A DNA stretch of 63,563 nucleotides, the filler included, from Folioceros fuciformis (lineage: Eukaryota), in the NCBI GenBank assembly GCA_049999805.1. It is 31 parts of 31 records of this genome, joined end to end, with 100 filler letters (N's around TTAATTAATTAA, not from the genome) between each part and the next. Parts side by side here need not be neighbours in the genome. Positions count along the whole stretch, not along the records: positions 24,507 to 26,375 come from JBNGIO010000380.1; positions 26,476 to 27,675 come from JBNGIO010000381.1; positions 27,776 to 30,651 come from JBNGIO010000382.1; positions 30,752 to 33,121 come from JBNGIO010000383.1; positions 33,222 to 34,944 come from JBNGIO010000384.1; positions 35,045 to 36,359 come from JBNGIO010000385.1; positions 36,460 to 37,590 come from JBNGIO010000386.1; positions 37,691 to 40,455 come from JBNGIO010000387.1; 23 more parts are not named here. One strand, given 5' to 3'. The first letter of the stretch is position 1. Each line of letters starts with the position of its first letter. A program made the position numbers and the translations under genes. The notes below the pieces were generated by a model. The model was not told the DNA's origin. It ran no database searches and worked only from the letters and a program-made list of their open reading frames with translations. Positions 25,201 through 38,153 of the stretch are shown here, one piece after another.

Positions 25201-26475
25201 TATATCTTCTACTTGACTAGAGCATCTAAGACTAGAAGAAAGACTTGTAAAAGTAATCTAATATATAAAAATGAACAGATGTCCTTTTATACACAAATTG
25301 TATGTGTCTTTTGAGTTAGATAGGTTAACCCTCAAGCTACCTATCTTGAGTAAGACTCGTGTTGGGTTTAATTCCCCAACACTCCCACTAACCCACACGA
25401 GGGTTACTTATTCGCACATATACTCACAAAGATATCAATCATATATACACACTACCACCGCTATCCATGAGTGACAAGGTACACCACATGGAGCTCTTGC
25501 TCGCGTTCCTCTCGTGCATGCGTCTCGTGAGAAAGGGAGGGGCCATATGCATAAAGGCGGGAACGCTCACAGAAACCTCATCCAGAGTTCGTGCCGCCCT
25601 CAGCCACAAGACCCCAAAAGATGGTGAAGACCAGCCGTAGTTGCCCCAACAGAAGTCAGGCACGAGGACGCCATGAAGCTGGAGGCACCAAAGCAGCTGC
25701 TACGCCTGCGACAGACGAAGTAGCGCTACCACCGGCTCTGCCTTCTTGCACTCTTGGCAGCTTTGTGCCCAAACTGACGGCTTCTGACTCGATGTCATCC
25801 AGGCCTAGCTTGACAGATCTTGATCAACTTGCAAACCCCACGGGGGAAGAGGTGGAGAGCGCTTTCCGTCATTGATCTCACAAAGGATCTCCCACTGCTC
25901 TCGTGCTAGCTGACCAGGTTGAGGTTGTCTTCGCTACACTGGACGAAATGGAAAAAACTCCTGGATGTGAAGAGAGTCGAGGGGTGGCTAGGCAACAGGC
26001 AGCTCTGGTTGAAGAATCTGTTGCACGAGCTGTTGGTACTGCAAACGAGGTCTATAATAGCATCGAGGCAAGCAGAACCAGACGTGCAGGCAAAGACTGT
26101 TGCGTTTGCACCTACAGTAGCCGACTGTGTCCTCTGTGCGGGAAGAATTTGCATAAGGTGAGTTCTATGCTAAACATACTGTATGCTCTGTCCACGATTG
26201 AATCAGTGAAATAAACTTCATCCTCTAGACAGACCATGTACCTGACACTAACCCGAATTTCGTTTTTCTAAGCAGGGTGGCTACAGACCTGGAACAGTCA
26301 CAAAACAAAAGGGGGGTAAAGGCCACTAAGTTGTAGACTTCTTGTGTGGACAGAATACCAGAACAGTTTCCAGGANNNNNNNNNNNNNNNNNNNNNNNNN
26401 NNNNNNNNNNNNNNNNNNNTTAATTAATTAANNNNNNNNNNNNNNNNNNNNNNNNNNNNNNNNNNNNNNNNNNNN

Positions 26476-27675
26476 GAAATGGGGGACCTGGCGAGGACCT
26501 GTACGAGACATAAGTTGAAAGGCCAGGCAGATGCTGACCAGCCATGTCATTGCGTAAAGATCCATAGCACGGCCCAAGGCTAAGCACCGCTGCTGAACTG
26601 TGACTTGCGGTGCTGCTGTAGAATGGGTGTGAAAACCCATCACTCGCTCTTGTTCCTCCACATTGAGTTCCTCCCACTGTTGTGTGTCAATGTTCAACAA
26701 CATGCCAGCTCCTTGTTCTCTATATGCATGAGAGATAGCTCACCAGCGTAGGAAGGGTACTGCGTGGCTGTCCTGGGACATTGGTGCTATACCAAGGTTT
26801 CCTCTCTGCAGCATGGACAGGCCGAGGCTGGTGATTGCTGTCCAGGACTGTGACCAGGCTCAAGGATGGGTCCTGAGTGGTACCAGCCAACACCAATCCT
26901 AGCAAGGGTTGGGGTGCAAGGTTGGTCCAAAAATTACGCAAGCGATGTGCGTAACTGCCCACCTGTACAGCATCAAGTAACAAAGGAACTCCCACATGCT
27001 GCTGGATCATAGCCATGTCCTGTCGAACCTGTAGTCGAGAATCCAGCTGGGCTGGAGTGTTCTCCAAAATGTAAAGCACAGGTAGGGTTGCGGGCCTGAA
27101 TCCACACCAAGATGCGTCGCAGATCCCAGAAAAGAGTAGAGCGCATATCTTGCAAACATGCTCCAGTGCCAGCTGAGGAAAACCCTTGGCATTCCCAACC
27201 AGCCACTACGATGTCTATGGGTGGTAGGCGTTGAATGTGCCCAACCTGGATGTACTGGACATCCTGTGGAAGGGCTGTAAACATGGCAGCCGTGGCAATG
27301 AGTGGCAGCTGTGTTGGAAATCGGGATTGAAGTCCCTGAATTCGAAAAGCAGCTAGCTTCCTAGCTGTGGGACACTTGTCACAATAAATGTATTGGGCCA
27401 CAACCAGCCCATTCTGCACCATGGCTTCCAATCCAGTGCATAGGCCCCCAAATAGTTCCAGAACTGTTAAGCCAGGTGCAGAGAGTGTCCATGCTATGAT
27501 GGACTGATTGACATCGCCGAGCGTTGGTTGCTCATCTGGTGCAGGAGGTGGCTGCATCCTTTGAAGGGCCAATTGCACATGTGGGATGGCCACATGCAAG
27601 ACGTCTGCAAATGGGTCACCCATGTCATTTTTCAACAACACATCCCTCAAGCACGAGGTTGCTACTAATGACTGT
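26476..27675 (-). pseudogene. DNMT3-like C5-cytosine DNA methyltransferase domain, intronless, two frameshifts (about 27080 and 26733)
   Basis: Motif I VLELFGGLCTG, IV GWECQGFS (catalytic Cys at 27189-27191), VI ILENT, VIII AHRLRNFWTN, IX EQERVMGF, X RCLALGRAM, in canonical I-X order; frames are open at both contig ends. Confidence 0.9.
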
Positions 27676-28159
27676 NNNNNNNNNNNNNNNNNNNNNNNNN
27701 NNNNNNNNNNNNNNNNNNNTTAATTAATTAANNNNNNNNNNNNNNNNNNNNNNNNNNNNNNNNNNNNNNNNNNNNTCATTATGGCTGATGGCCACATATA
27801 GGAAAGTATAAACCGCTATTCGATTTGGGCAGTTTAACTGTTCGTAACTACACTAACTACGATATTTACTATTTATTATTACGTGTGCTTAAGCAGGATA
27901 AACCGAAACGTGCCTTAAAAACGTTGTGCATCGGTCCGTGGTGTATGTCAGCGGTACCCCAACGCGCGGTGCACCAACAACAAAAGTTGCCAAGGTCGAG
28001 ATGTGCTGATTTGAAGTATGGGCAAAGTTTTTCTTTTATCTTGTTGAAAGATGAAGAGAGAGAGAGGTCGTGCTGTGGTATCGGACAGGGGATTTAAGGC
28101 ACTGGAGCATGAGGCAGCGGGGCAATGCATGAGGAGAACTTTGCGGAGAAGGGAAAGCA

Positions 28160-30648
28160 GTGGAAGGTGCAGTTATGGCGGGCAAGGGGAAGGAACTTAC
28201 AGGAGGTTCGGGAACTGCTAGGGCACGAAGCAAGAAGCAAGCAAAAGGTCGCTCCGGAACATCGATTGCGGCCAGGGTCACAAAGGCTCAACTCCTCCAA
28301 CAGCTTCAAGAGAAGAAGGCAGAGGTTGAAAGGCTGAGGTGCGGCCTGAGTCCTAGGTTGGAAAGATTGAGAGACATGGTGACGAATGTGTGCGGACCAC
28401 CTGTGCTACGTGCGGTGATGGGTAGCCCAGCTGTAGCTCGATCGGAGCGAACGGGAAAGACTGGCGAGAGGAGTTGGGAGATGCAGATGTTATTGTGTTG
28501 ACAGATCATATGCCCGTAAATTTACAATATAGCTCCTTAGAAGCAGCGTCTGTTGCATCTCCAATCCGGGCATGATCAAAGGAAGCAGCACCGGCCATCG
28601 CCCCATCCTCCTCCATGCTCTTGTATGCAGGCGGCTTGTTAATCCCTTCCCTGCTGGCCTCCCCACACCCTGCTTCAGGGAGGTAACAGCTCCCAATGCT
28701 TCCCCTCCCTGAGAGGTTCCGGCTTGGCTTGCCTTTCCCCTGAAGCCCTGAGGACATTCCTCCTTTGGACGCCTAAAACTATCTGCATACACCACCCTTG
28801 AAGGCATTCCGGACTCTAGGCTCTGACTGACACCCGAAGAAGATAGCTCCATCACACCTTGAGGGCTGAGCACCTGGGAAGAAAGACCCGGCGGTGAAGC
28901 AGTGACAGTGACCGCTGCTGCCTCTCCTCCTGTGCATGTCCATTGTTCCTCCCCGATCCCGGCGACGAGGGATCTACCTTTCCTTTCCAAGAAAAAGGAG
29001 CGCGGTGTGATCGCGGTGAAGTTTTGCTGAAGGGGTTGCCGACAGCATGTGCGCAAGAAAGCGTGGTAGTGCCGACAAGAAGTGCTTCTCCCACAATTCA
29101 GGATGTTGAGAAAGTTGAAGCGCTGCCAAGAAACGAGAAGGAGGCAATGCATGAGCCTGAAGAAGAGAGCGAGCCGCCAAGGGATGATGGGCCGGTAGCA
29201 TGCGAGGTAGGAGAGGGAGGTGGGCTTTCATAGGAATCCATCCGGTGACGTTGGTAGGAGGAGTCGAAAGCAGGCTGTCGGGAGAGGGTTTTTCAGCGGC
29301 GTTGACAAAGGGGAAGAAGGGTGCGACGCCAGGGGAGAGTTCTGTGGTAGCGCTATCAACATGCAAGGAAGATGCGCCTAGGGAGAGCGAGTTGCCGAAG
29401 GAAGGCTCTTCAGCAGGCAAGGGGTGCACATCGAAGGAAGGTGTTTGTCCAGGAGAGGATCTTTCGGCAGCACCGAAAGTAGGCAGGGAAGATGCACTGC
29501 CAAGGGGAAGCCTTTATGTGGTGCTAACAGCAGGAGAGGAAGATGCGTCGCCAGGGGGCTCTGTAGCAATTGCAACGATAAGAGCGGGAGACGAGTTGTT
29601 GGAGAAGGTGTCGCCAGCAGCACAGGCGACTGAGAGAGGTGGTGGGTTGCCAGCGAAGGGTTCTACAACAGCACATGCTGTGGGAGAAGGGCCTGAGCTG
29701 CCAGTGGAATTTCCTTACCCAGCAGTTGTGCCTGTAGCACCAGACGCCGAGTTGTTGCAGGAGGAGGTTTCGCCAGTAACGCTGCCAAGGCCGAGGCGTA
29801 GGCGGTTGCTGGAATACAGTTCCTCATCTCAAGAGGTGAGCAATGCCATCATGGGGTTAGCAAGGGATGAGCAGAAAACGGTTACAAAACTGTTGGTGTC
29901 AGGAAGGGTTGAGCAGGATATAGAGCCAGGGCAGGAGGTGCACAGTCCAAGGTGCAAGGAAGAGGCAGTGCGGGAAGTGGACATTAGAGGTGAAGAAGAG
30001 TTTTGTGGTGGTGACTAGGATTCTTTGCCGCTTCAGTGGAACCCATTACAGATGCACAGGTTTTTCAAGGGAGGAGCTGCGACAATTGCGAGAGGAGACG
30101 AAGTAGGATGTGGAGGAACTTGCAACAAAGATCGCTGAGCGGACAACAAAGAGAGCCGGGCTTGCACTACTGCTGAAGGATTTGCAAACAAGGGAGGTGG
30201 AGAAGAGGCGTCAATTGGAGGAGATTGTTTTCACGAAGTTGTTGTCCGAAGGGGGAGTGTCTTTCGTTTCCGTACACTCAAAGGTAGACAGCTGAATGTC
30301 ACCTATGTGGTTATAACTAGGCAGTACCAACAACTTAAAAAGAGCGAGTCGCCACAAGTGAAGGGCAAAGTTGGGACCAAGCGAAAAGCCTCAGAGGGAC
30401 CTAGATGGGTTGAAGATTATCACGAGCAGGACCCGCACAGGAGGAGCTCAAGTTATCAAGCCGGAAGAGGAAGGACATATCGAAGAGGCTTCGCCAAATG
30501 GAAGGTTGGTGAGGGTGCAATAATTGGAGACCTTCCTGTGAGAAGGTCTAAGAGGCTTAAGTTAGAAAAGTTTGCATCTGAAGCTGCAGTTGATTATGTT
30601 AGCGTGAAAATGATAAGTAGCAGCAGCGAGGGAGGGTTTGCAGCATAG
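28160..30648 (+). pseudogene. Long decayed low-complexity ORF (E/G/K/A-rich), probably TE-associated
   Basis: Chain of + ORFs (28160-28501, 28943-29233, 29200-30018, 30110-30295, 30307-30648); no recognised domain. Confidence 0.3.
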
Positions 30649-30751
30649 AGANNNNNNNNNNNNNNNNNNNNNNNNNNNNNNNNNNNNNNNNNNNNTTAAT
30701 TAATTAANNNNNNNNNNNNNNNNNNNNNNNNNNNNNNNNNNNNNNNNNNNN

Positions 30752-31762
30752 TATGCTAAGGATATGTTGCAGAAGTATGGCATGGCAGATTGCAAAGCAA
30801 TGGATACACCATTGGAGCAGAACGTCAAGCTGCAAATGGATATAGGAACTGAGCTGGAAAATGTGACCATGTATCGACAGATGGTTGGAAGCTTGATCTA
30901 CTTGACTATCACACGTCCTGACTTAAGTTATGTAGTAGGATTGATTAGTCAATTCATGCAAAACCCAAAGAGACCACACTTGGATGCAGTTAGAAGAATA
31001 ATGAGATATGTGAAAGGAACAACTGAGTTTGGATTGCTCTATGAGCATAGGAAGCATCCTGAACTGATAGGATATACAGATGTTGATTGGGCTGGTTGTG
31101 CGTATAACAGAAGATCAACCAGTGGATATGCATTCAGTCTGGGAAGTAGTATGATCAGCTGGCAAAGCAAGAAACAACCGACGGTTGCTTTGTCAAGCAC
31201 AGAAGCAGAGTATCGAGGAGCTACAATGGCAGCCTGTGAAGCAGCTTGGTTGCAGAAGTTGCTACATGAACTTGGAAATATAGTGAACAGCAAGGTCACA
31301 ATCTACTGTGACAAACATGAGTAGCATGAGGTTGGCTACTAATCCTGTGTTTCATGCTCGTTCGAAGCACATAGAAGTACATTATCATTTCATCAGGGAA
31401 GTGGTATTATCTGAGAAGATAGTTCTTCTGCACGTGAAGACCAAAGACCAGGTAGCAGATATCTTTACTAAGTGGCTAGGTAGAGATAAGTTCTTACACT
31501 TTCGTGAAGTACTTGGAGTGTTACAAATAGTTTGAGCTTGAGGAGGAGTGTTAGAAATCAAGCTTTAACTAAATTTTTATTGAGAGCATACAACACTTAG
31601 GATAGTGTAGATTATCCCATATTGATCTGGTAGTTATCTACCACCTAAGTGTTATCAGGATATACCAGGATATTGCACCCTCAAGACTAAGGCTTACTTT
31701 ATCAAGGGTTGCCTTGCCTAAAGGCTATATATGTAGCATCCTATGCACCATAAGGAATGTAC
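30752..31762 (+). mobile_element. Copia RT end, RNase H, PPT (31540-31548) and 3' LTR family G
   Basis: YRQMVGSLIYL, GYTDVDW, QVADIFTK; GAGGAGGAG|TGTTAG. Confidence 0.92.
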
Positions 31763-32220
31763 TGTGGAGTCCATCTAAGCTAGTGGTGCTATTTCAACAT
31801 AAGGGAGATAGAGCGTGACTGTCAGAAGGCATAAGTTGGAAAAGTAAGCCGTGGGGTAAATGAGAGAGGGAGAAAAGGAGAGAGTGTGTGTGTTAGAGAG
31901 AGAAAGAGAGAGAGAGAGAGAGAGTGGACCCAACTGAGGTAGCCGGTTGGGCGACCGTTGCCGAGGGAAACGGAAGTAGTCGAGCGCGGTAGTAGCCATA
32001 GGGGCGACAGAGTAGCCGGGCCGGCTGTAAGGTAATCCAGGGATAAGGTAGTCGAGGGGGCGATGGTGGTAGTTGAGTCGCGATCAGATAGAGGTAGCTG
32101 GATAGGTGATAGTAGTAGCTGTGCGAGACTGACCTGGAGTAGTAATTGACATTTTGAGACAACCTGTGTTATTTAACACAAATCATTCCCTTGGGATCGA
32201 ATCCCAATGCTATAACAACA
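31763..32220. mobile_element. LTR-like segment H (starts TGTGGAGTCCA, includes a GA microsatellite)
   Basis: Same 11-nt terminus as the insertion at 62499; right boundary uncertain. Confidence 0.45.
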
Positions 32221-33121
32221 AAGAGGGTTTGTGTGGACCTCGCAGCACCCCCGGGGGCAATATTTTCCCCCACAGCGTCCTCCAGATAGGCTTCCTCCCC
32301 CTCTTCCTCATACTCCACAATCTCACCTTCACCTGCGGACAACTCGCCCTTGAGTGACCCTACTGTCCACAAGTCGAACAAAAGAGGTTGGCTCTTCCTC
32401 CCATCATGACTCTCTGCCTCTCCTGATCCTTCACTGCGTTGATCTGCAACTTCTCCAATTTGGCCAGAATCTCCTCCATTTTGGTTCCTTGTTGTTTGAC
32501 CTTTTTGGTTGCCAACTCCACCTCCTTCCTCACTTGCTCAGCTCCTCTTCTGGCGCTTGCAGATTCCGGCTTGGCCTTTCCCGACTTTCTACCCTTGGAC
32601 TGATGTTTTCGGCTCGATCCTGCCTTCACCACCTTCTTATTGTTCCTTCGCCTTCTCTCATCCTCCGACGAGTCCTCTTCTAATCTCGACGAATCTCAAC
32701 TATCACACTATCCGAGAAAGCACTTGAGGAACCTTCTTCCTCCGATGAGTCATCTTCTGAAGTGGAGGAGTACTTCTTCTTCCCCTCGAATTCTTCTTTT
32801 TCCCTTCACGACTCCGTTTCTCCTCCTTGTGCAACTTCTTCACCTCAGCGTTGGACTCCTCGTAATTCAACGCTGCCCGTATCGCCCTCTCTAGATCCTT
32901 CTCTGCTTGCAGACGCATGTGCCTCCCCATTGCTGGCCCCAATCCTCTTGCAAACCATTGAATGGCCATCAGCTCCGAATGAGGTCTCATTCACCCTCGT
33001 AGACTGTGGAACCTCTCCACATACGCTTGCAGCGTCTCCCTTTGCCTTCGTCGCAGCCTCTTCAGTTTGGACATAACATATCCTTCCACGTCCACCCCTC
33101 GAAATCTTTCACAAAATGCCC
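32221..33121 (-). mobile_element. Ty3/gypsy gag fragment with CCHC knuckle
   Basis: RQRETLQAYVERF, WFARGL, CSTCGQ*GHSRASC. Confidence 0.8.
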
Positions 33122-33265
33122 NNNNNNNNNNNNNNNNNNNNNNNNNNNNNNNNNNNNNNNNNNNNTTAATTAATTAANNNNNNNNNNNNNNNNNNNNNNN
33201 NNNNNNNNNNNNNNNNNNNNNGTGGTATGCTGAGGAGCTCAGCATGAGCAGGGTCCAGCACTTTT

Positions 33266-34944
33266 TTGAAAACCATAGCTTTTGATGCTCATAGGTGCCT
33301 TATGACCACAACCTCACAGCTGAATGCGCTAATCAATAGCTTTAGCAACCTTAGTTTGCAGCCTGCACCTATCAGAAACATGGCAACACAACAGTCAGTT
33401 TCCTTTAGTTCAGATGTCAAGGACAAGGATAGGTTTAGAGGTACTGGTTACTCTATCTGGCGAGTACGGATGAAAACCATCCTCACAGCACGTGGTGTCT
33501 GGTCGAGTGTCGATGGTACTTTTAAGAAACCTGACCTAGTAGCCAAACCTGATGAGTATGCTAAGTGGGAGCATAATAATGGAGTGGCTATGGCAGTCAT
33601 TGTTAATGGGCTTGATGCAGTTTTGATTCCCAACGTTGAATTCCTCACATTGGCTGAAGAAATTTGGAATCAGCTTGAAAAGACCTACCACACAACCACA
33701 ATGGCAACATTGTCCGCTGTCCGTATGGAGTTCTACACATTGCGGATGAAAGAAGGTGACAAAATGGCTGCACATACTAGCAAATTTCGTCATCTTCGAG
33801 CTCAGATTCAGTCCATCACGAAAACACAGATGACGGAGTCTGAGGCTGTCTCCCAGCTGCTCACGAGCCTGCCACCCTCTTACCAATCTTTTGTCACCAG
33901 TTACCAGAATGGCCCTGTTGCAGCAGCTGCTGCAGGAGGGACACAGGCTGCAGCCATCACCATGGAAGACGTAATCGGAGCCCTCTACCAAGAGGAGCAA
34001 ACCCGCTTGACTTCGGCAGGCTTACACAAACAATCCAAAGCCGAAAGGGCATTACCTGTGAATTTTCGCCCCAAAGGAAAGGGCAAATTCAGAGGGGGAA
34101 ATTCAGCACAAACCAAGGACAGGCCTGAACCCTCAAGCTCAAAACGACCAGGCACATGCAATTGGTGTGGCATACCTGGCCATTGGGCACGCGAGTGCCG
34201 AAAACGCAAAGCTGGTGAGCCCCAGAAGCAGGCGAAACCTGCTGCAAGTGTTGGAGTGAAGGACAAACCTGTCGAAAAGGCACCAGTGAAAATTCTCACC
34301 ATATGCTTGTCAAGTTCGACACATGATGATGAGAGCTGGTTCCTCGACTCCGGGGCTACCACGCACATCTGCAAAAAAAGGGAGTTGTTCACTTCCCTCA
34401 ACCTTGTTCATGTCCATGAAAAGGTCCTCCTTGGTGATGAGCAGTCTAGGACTAGTCTGCATATTGAAGGCAGAGGCACGTGTGTTTTCAAATTGAAAGA
34501 TAACACAGACCTCACACTCGAAGATGTTCTCTTCGTACCCAACATGGCTAAAAATCTCATGTCCATGAGTCAGCTCATGCGTTTATGTACCTTCACCATG
34601 TATGCAGATTCTAAGCACTGCTTATTCTATAGAAGTACATCTCCTAGTAGATGTGTCTTTAAGGGGATTCTTGACAATTCCCTTTACCGCTTGGACATAA
34701 CCTGTTCACAACAGACAGCCGGTCAGCATGCTGTACATTCCACTGGTGTATCCTCACTTAGACCTGAGCAGGTAGCAGTCTTGTGGCATGCGAGATTAGG
34801 TCACGTGAATAGACGAAAATTGATAGATATGTCTATAACTGAATGCCATAGAGAACCCCTGCCCAAATGTTTCAAAAACTTACCTCTATGCGAGTCGTGC
34901 ATATTAGCTAAGCAGAAAGAATCACCTTTCCCTAATGCACCTGC
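33266..34944 (+). CDS. Stop-free copia gag-protease-pre-integrase ORF (3'-partial; likely ATG 33380)
   Basis: FRGTGYSIWRVRM, LLTSLPPSY, CNWCGIPGHWAREC, WFLDSGATTHIC, WHARLGH...CESC. Confidence 0.93.
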
Positions 34945-35044
34945 NNNNNNNNNNNNNNNNNNNNNNNNNNNNNNNNNNNNNNNNNNNNTTAATTAATTAA
35001 NNNNNNNNNNNNNNNNNNNNNNNNNNNNNNNNNNNNNNNNNNNN

Positions 35045-36359
35045 GCTTGACCACCGGGCTGAATGTGTCGTCATAGTCAATCCCAGGAATCTGGGAGTAT
35101 CCTTTTGCCACAAGCCTAGCCTTGTACCTCTCAATGCTTCCGTCGGCCTTCAACTTAATTTTGAAGACCCATCTGCAGCCTACAGCTTTTCTACCTTCAT
35201 GTAAGGTTGCTATGGTCCAAGTTTCATTCTTGTACAACAATGCAAGTTCAGATTCAATGGCCTTCAGCAATAACTCAACATCAGGACAATTCATAGCCTC
35301 TTGATAGGACTGTGGCTCGTACAGCTGTGCACTGGCATTCAAGCAGTAGGTCAGGTGGGTTTTTGGGTGCCTAAAATCTTCAGACTCATAAAATTGAGGC
35401 TGCCTGTGCGTACGAGCTGACTGGCGAGGTGCCAGATGTGAGTGTTTGTCCTTCCTTTGCTGCTGCAATTTAGGCGGAGCAGCGTCATGCCCAGAGGAGG
35501 CATCTTCATGCCCATCGCCAAGATTAAATGCCACATGAGGTGTGACAGGTGAGTCTTGCATGCTCCTACTTGCTCCTGCTGCTCACCACACGTCCAAGAG
35601 TTTGTAAAGGGGTGTAAACCCTTGGTGACTGTGCCACATTTCTGGGTGCTGCTACTAGAATATGCTGTACAGGAATATGATGCACTGGAATCTACTGTGC
35701 AGGAATATGCTGTGGGACTGGTTGCACAGCAGTAGGAAGCGGCACTCTTACATCACCTACAATCATCTCATTGTTTTCACTATTGGAGGATTCATCCTTC
35801 GAGTCCTCAAAGTGGCTGCTCCCACTTGCTCCCACTTGCTAAGGAAACTCGACACCTTCCACGAATACCACATCTCGTGCGTGTATCACCTTCCTAGTCT
35901 GCTTGTGTACAAGCAGACTTCCTTTGATACCATCTGTGAACCCTACAAAAATACATGGTCTGGATTTTGGTTCAAACTTCTTACGGATGTCCTTGTGAAT
36001 TTGTGCATACGCAGGAGATCCAAATGCACGCATATGAGCTACACTTGGTCTTCTTCCCATCCATAGCTCATAGGGCGTGGTACCTGGAATAGTAGAGTGT
36101 GGGATTTTGTTTTGAATGTAGTTGGCATGAGCCACAGCCTCAACCCAAAAACTTTTAGGTAAGTTAGCATATTGGAGCATGGTAGAGGCTGAGGTCTCAA
36201 GCATCCAATTCTTATTTTCTGCTATGCCATTTTGCTGCGGAGTATGTGGGTTAGTTAACTGTCTCACAATGCCATGTGACTTACAGAAGTTCACAAATTC
36301 AGTAGACGTGTATTCGCCTCCATTGTCATATCGGAGTGCCTTCAAACGTCGACCAGTCT
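35045..36359 (-). mobile_element. Copia integrase to RT start, decayed
   Basis: [35 protein letters not shown]. Confidence 0.92.
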
Positions 36360-36459
36360 NNNNNNNNNNNNNNNNNNNNNNNNNNNNNNNNNNNNNNNNN
36401 NNNTTAATTAATTAANNNNNNNNNNNNNNNNNNNNNNNNNNNNNNNNNNNNNNNNNNNN

Positions 36460-37590
36460 TCCTCCATCTCCATCTCGCTTCCTTTCTCCCCTTGACCTTA
36501 ATCTAATGTTTTAGGGATCGTATTCGGTCCGTATACATACACACACACCTCCCCTTATATTTTACATGATTTAGGTATATATTTAGTTGGTATTGATATG
36601 TATTCCCGTATTTCTTTCTTTTTATTTTCCTAATTTCCCTTTTTTCTATTTTCACCCCTATTTTTTGGATTTAATTCCAGAAATTCCAACTCAACTCTAT
36701 TTCACCTGTTTTCTTTTCCTCCTAGTTCGGGACCTATTCCAGCACCCCGGGGTTAGTGGCCGAGGAACCACTTCGACTGGAAGTTAATTGTACTAAATAA
36801 CCTGCCGTCTTCAGGCCAGGTTCCGACTGCTGATCCCACTCCTTCCCACCTCTTCTCAATCTTTTTCACTGCTCATACTCCTCTCCTGGAAGCAAGCTCA
36901 ACCACCAAGGGGGAACAGTTGCAGAGGAAGGCTTAGCAGGCTAACATCCAGCAAGGAAGAGGCGGCGTCCGCAGATCTTTGAAGATCAGGCATCCTTCAA
37001 AGTCTCAAGATAGTTTAAGAGGTGGTAGATACTTGTGGTGGTAGGGTCAGCAGGTTGTAGGGCTAGCTCATTAGCGGCAGGATGTGCTAGGAAAGTCTAA
37101 GTAAGTGGCTAGTGACAGCCGGCTAGGCTAGTGGTCCTATTAAAATAATATTTGTCAAGATAGAGAGAGGCTCCTATAAGATCACGTGAGCCTGTAGGAG
37201 GCAGGTTGTCACTTTGCGAGTTCTCTCAGGCTGTCCCTGCTTGGATACAGCAGTGTGTGCCGCCTGTGCCTGTGTGCATTGTCTAGTAAAGCTTTGAGAA
37301 GTAGTGGCCAGGAATAAGAGCGGGGTCCCTTTTAATTCTTGATCGTGCTCTCCATGTCGTGTTCCCATAATCTGTCATTCTCGTTTCCTCGCAAGGCTAG
37401 AGTGAGTGTCGACCATGCTTGCATGGTGTCTGGTAGGATCGTGGGTGGCGGCATGCTTTTCTTCGGGGTTAGTCTAGTGACTCTTGCCGGGTAGAGGGAG
37501 TCAGTAGGGGCGTGTAGGAGGTAGTGGTGATGTTGCTTATTGTTGGTTGCTAGTGCTGGAGTGAGTGAAGTGAGTGAGGAAAGTTGCAGA
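36460..37590. mobile_element. Family A sequence (distal part, deletion variant)
   Basis: 36819-37200 is a diverged reverse match to 61650-62031; 37460-37590 matches about 80-220. Confidence 0.75.
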
Positions 37591-37690
37591 NNNNNNNNNN
37601 NNNNNNNNNNNNNNNNNNNNNNNNNNNNNNNNNNTTAATTAATTAANNNNNNNNNNNNNNNNNNNNNNNNNNNNNNNNNNNNNNNNNNNN

Positions 37691-38153
37691 CAAGAGGGGA
37701 GTGTGTTCCCCTCTTCCTTTTGTTTGGGGTTAGTCTAGTGACTCTTGCCGGGTAGGAGGAGTCCGTAGGGAAGTGTAGAAGGTAGTGGTGTCGTTGCTGG
37801 TTGCTAGTAGTTGTTGGTGTTGGTGCTGGAGCGAGAGAGTGAGTGAAGTGTGTGAGGGAAGTCGCAGATCTGAGAGGTTAGAGTCGTTGTAGTGACTGGA
37901 GTGAGTTTGTGGGCACCGAGAGAGGTGCAGCTGACCGCCGGACAGCGAGGCCTGTCCTACGCCTGATCGGAGCTGGAGGGGAGCCCTCGAATCCATCATC
38001 GAGTCGATCAAGTCCGACCCTCCATCCACAGCAGCAAGGAACCCCATCGCTCCTTCGTGGGAACGAAACCCAATGTCTCAACGACAGTGGGATAAGTGTG
38101 GCCACTAAAGGTGGAACCCATTGGCAATCAGTGCCCGGGGTTTTGCCTCCACA
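37691..38153. mobile_element. LTR family A terminus inserted into gypsy integrase
   Basis: Matches 1-502; ends CCACA at 38153. Confidence 0.88.

Noticed and set aside
25903-26214. Cys-rich ORF (CCVC...CPLC) as a zinc finger gene
   Set aside because: Spacing matches no finger I recognise, and overlapping frames are equally open.
24507-27675. Adjacency of the gypsy integrase contig and the DNMT contig as proof of linkage
   Set aside because: Separated by an artificial spacer and unrelated sequence, on opposite strands, with no end overlap.
26476-27675. Host DRM2, CMT3 or MET1 gene call
   Set aside because: Motif order is not permuted, there is no chromodomain insert, the VIII-IX region is short, there are no introns, and the catalytic loop is EC.
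38050-38111. Hammerhead or HDV-like ribozyme (retrozyme) in LTR-A
   Set aside because: CGAAAC and a following stem exist, but there is no CUGANGA core (only CTAAAGG/CTAGAGG) and no HDV P1 pairing. Kept only as an unclassified structured motif.
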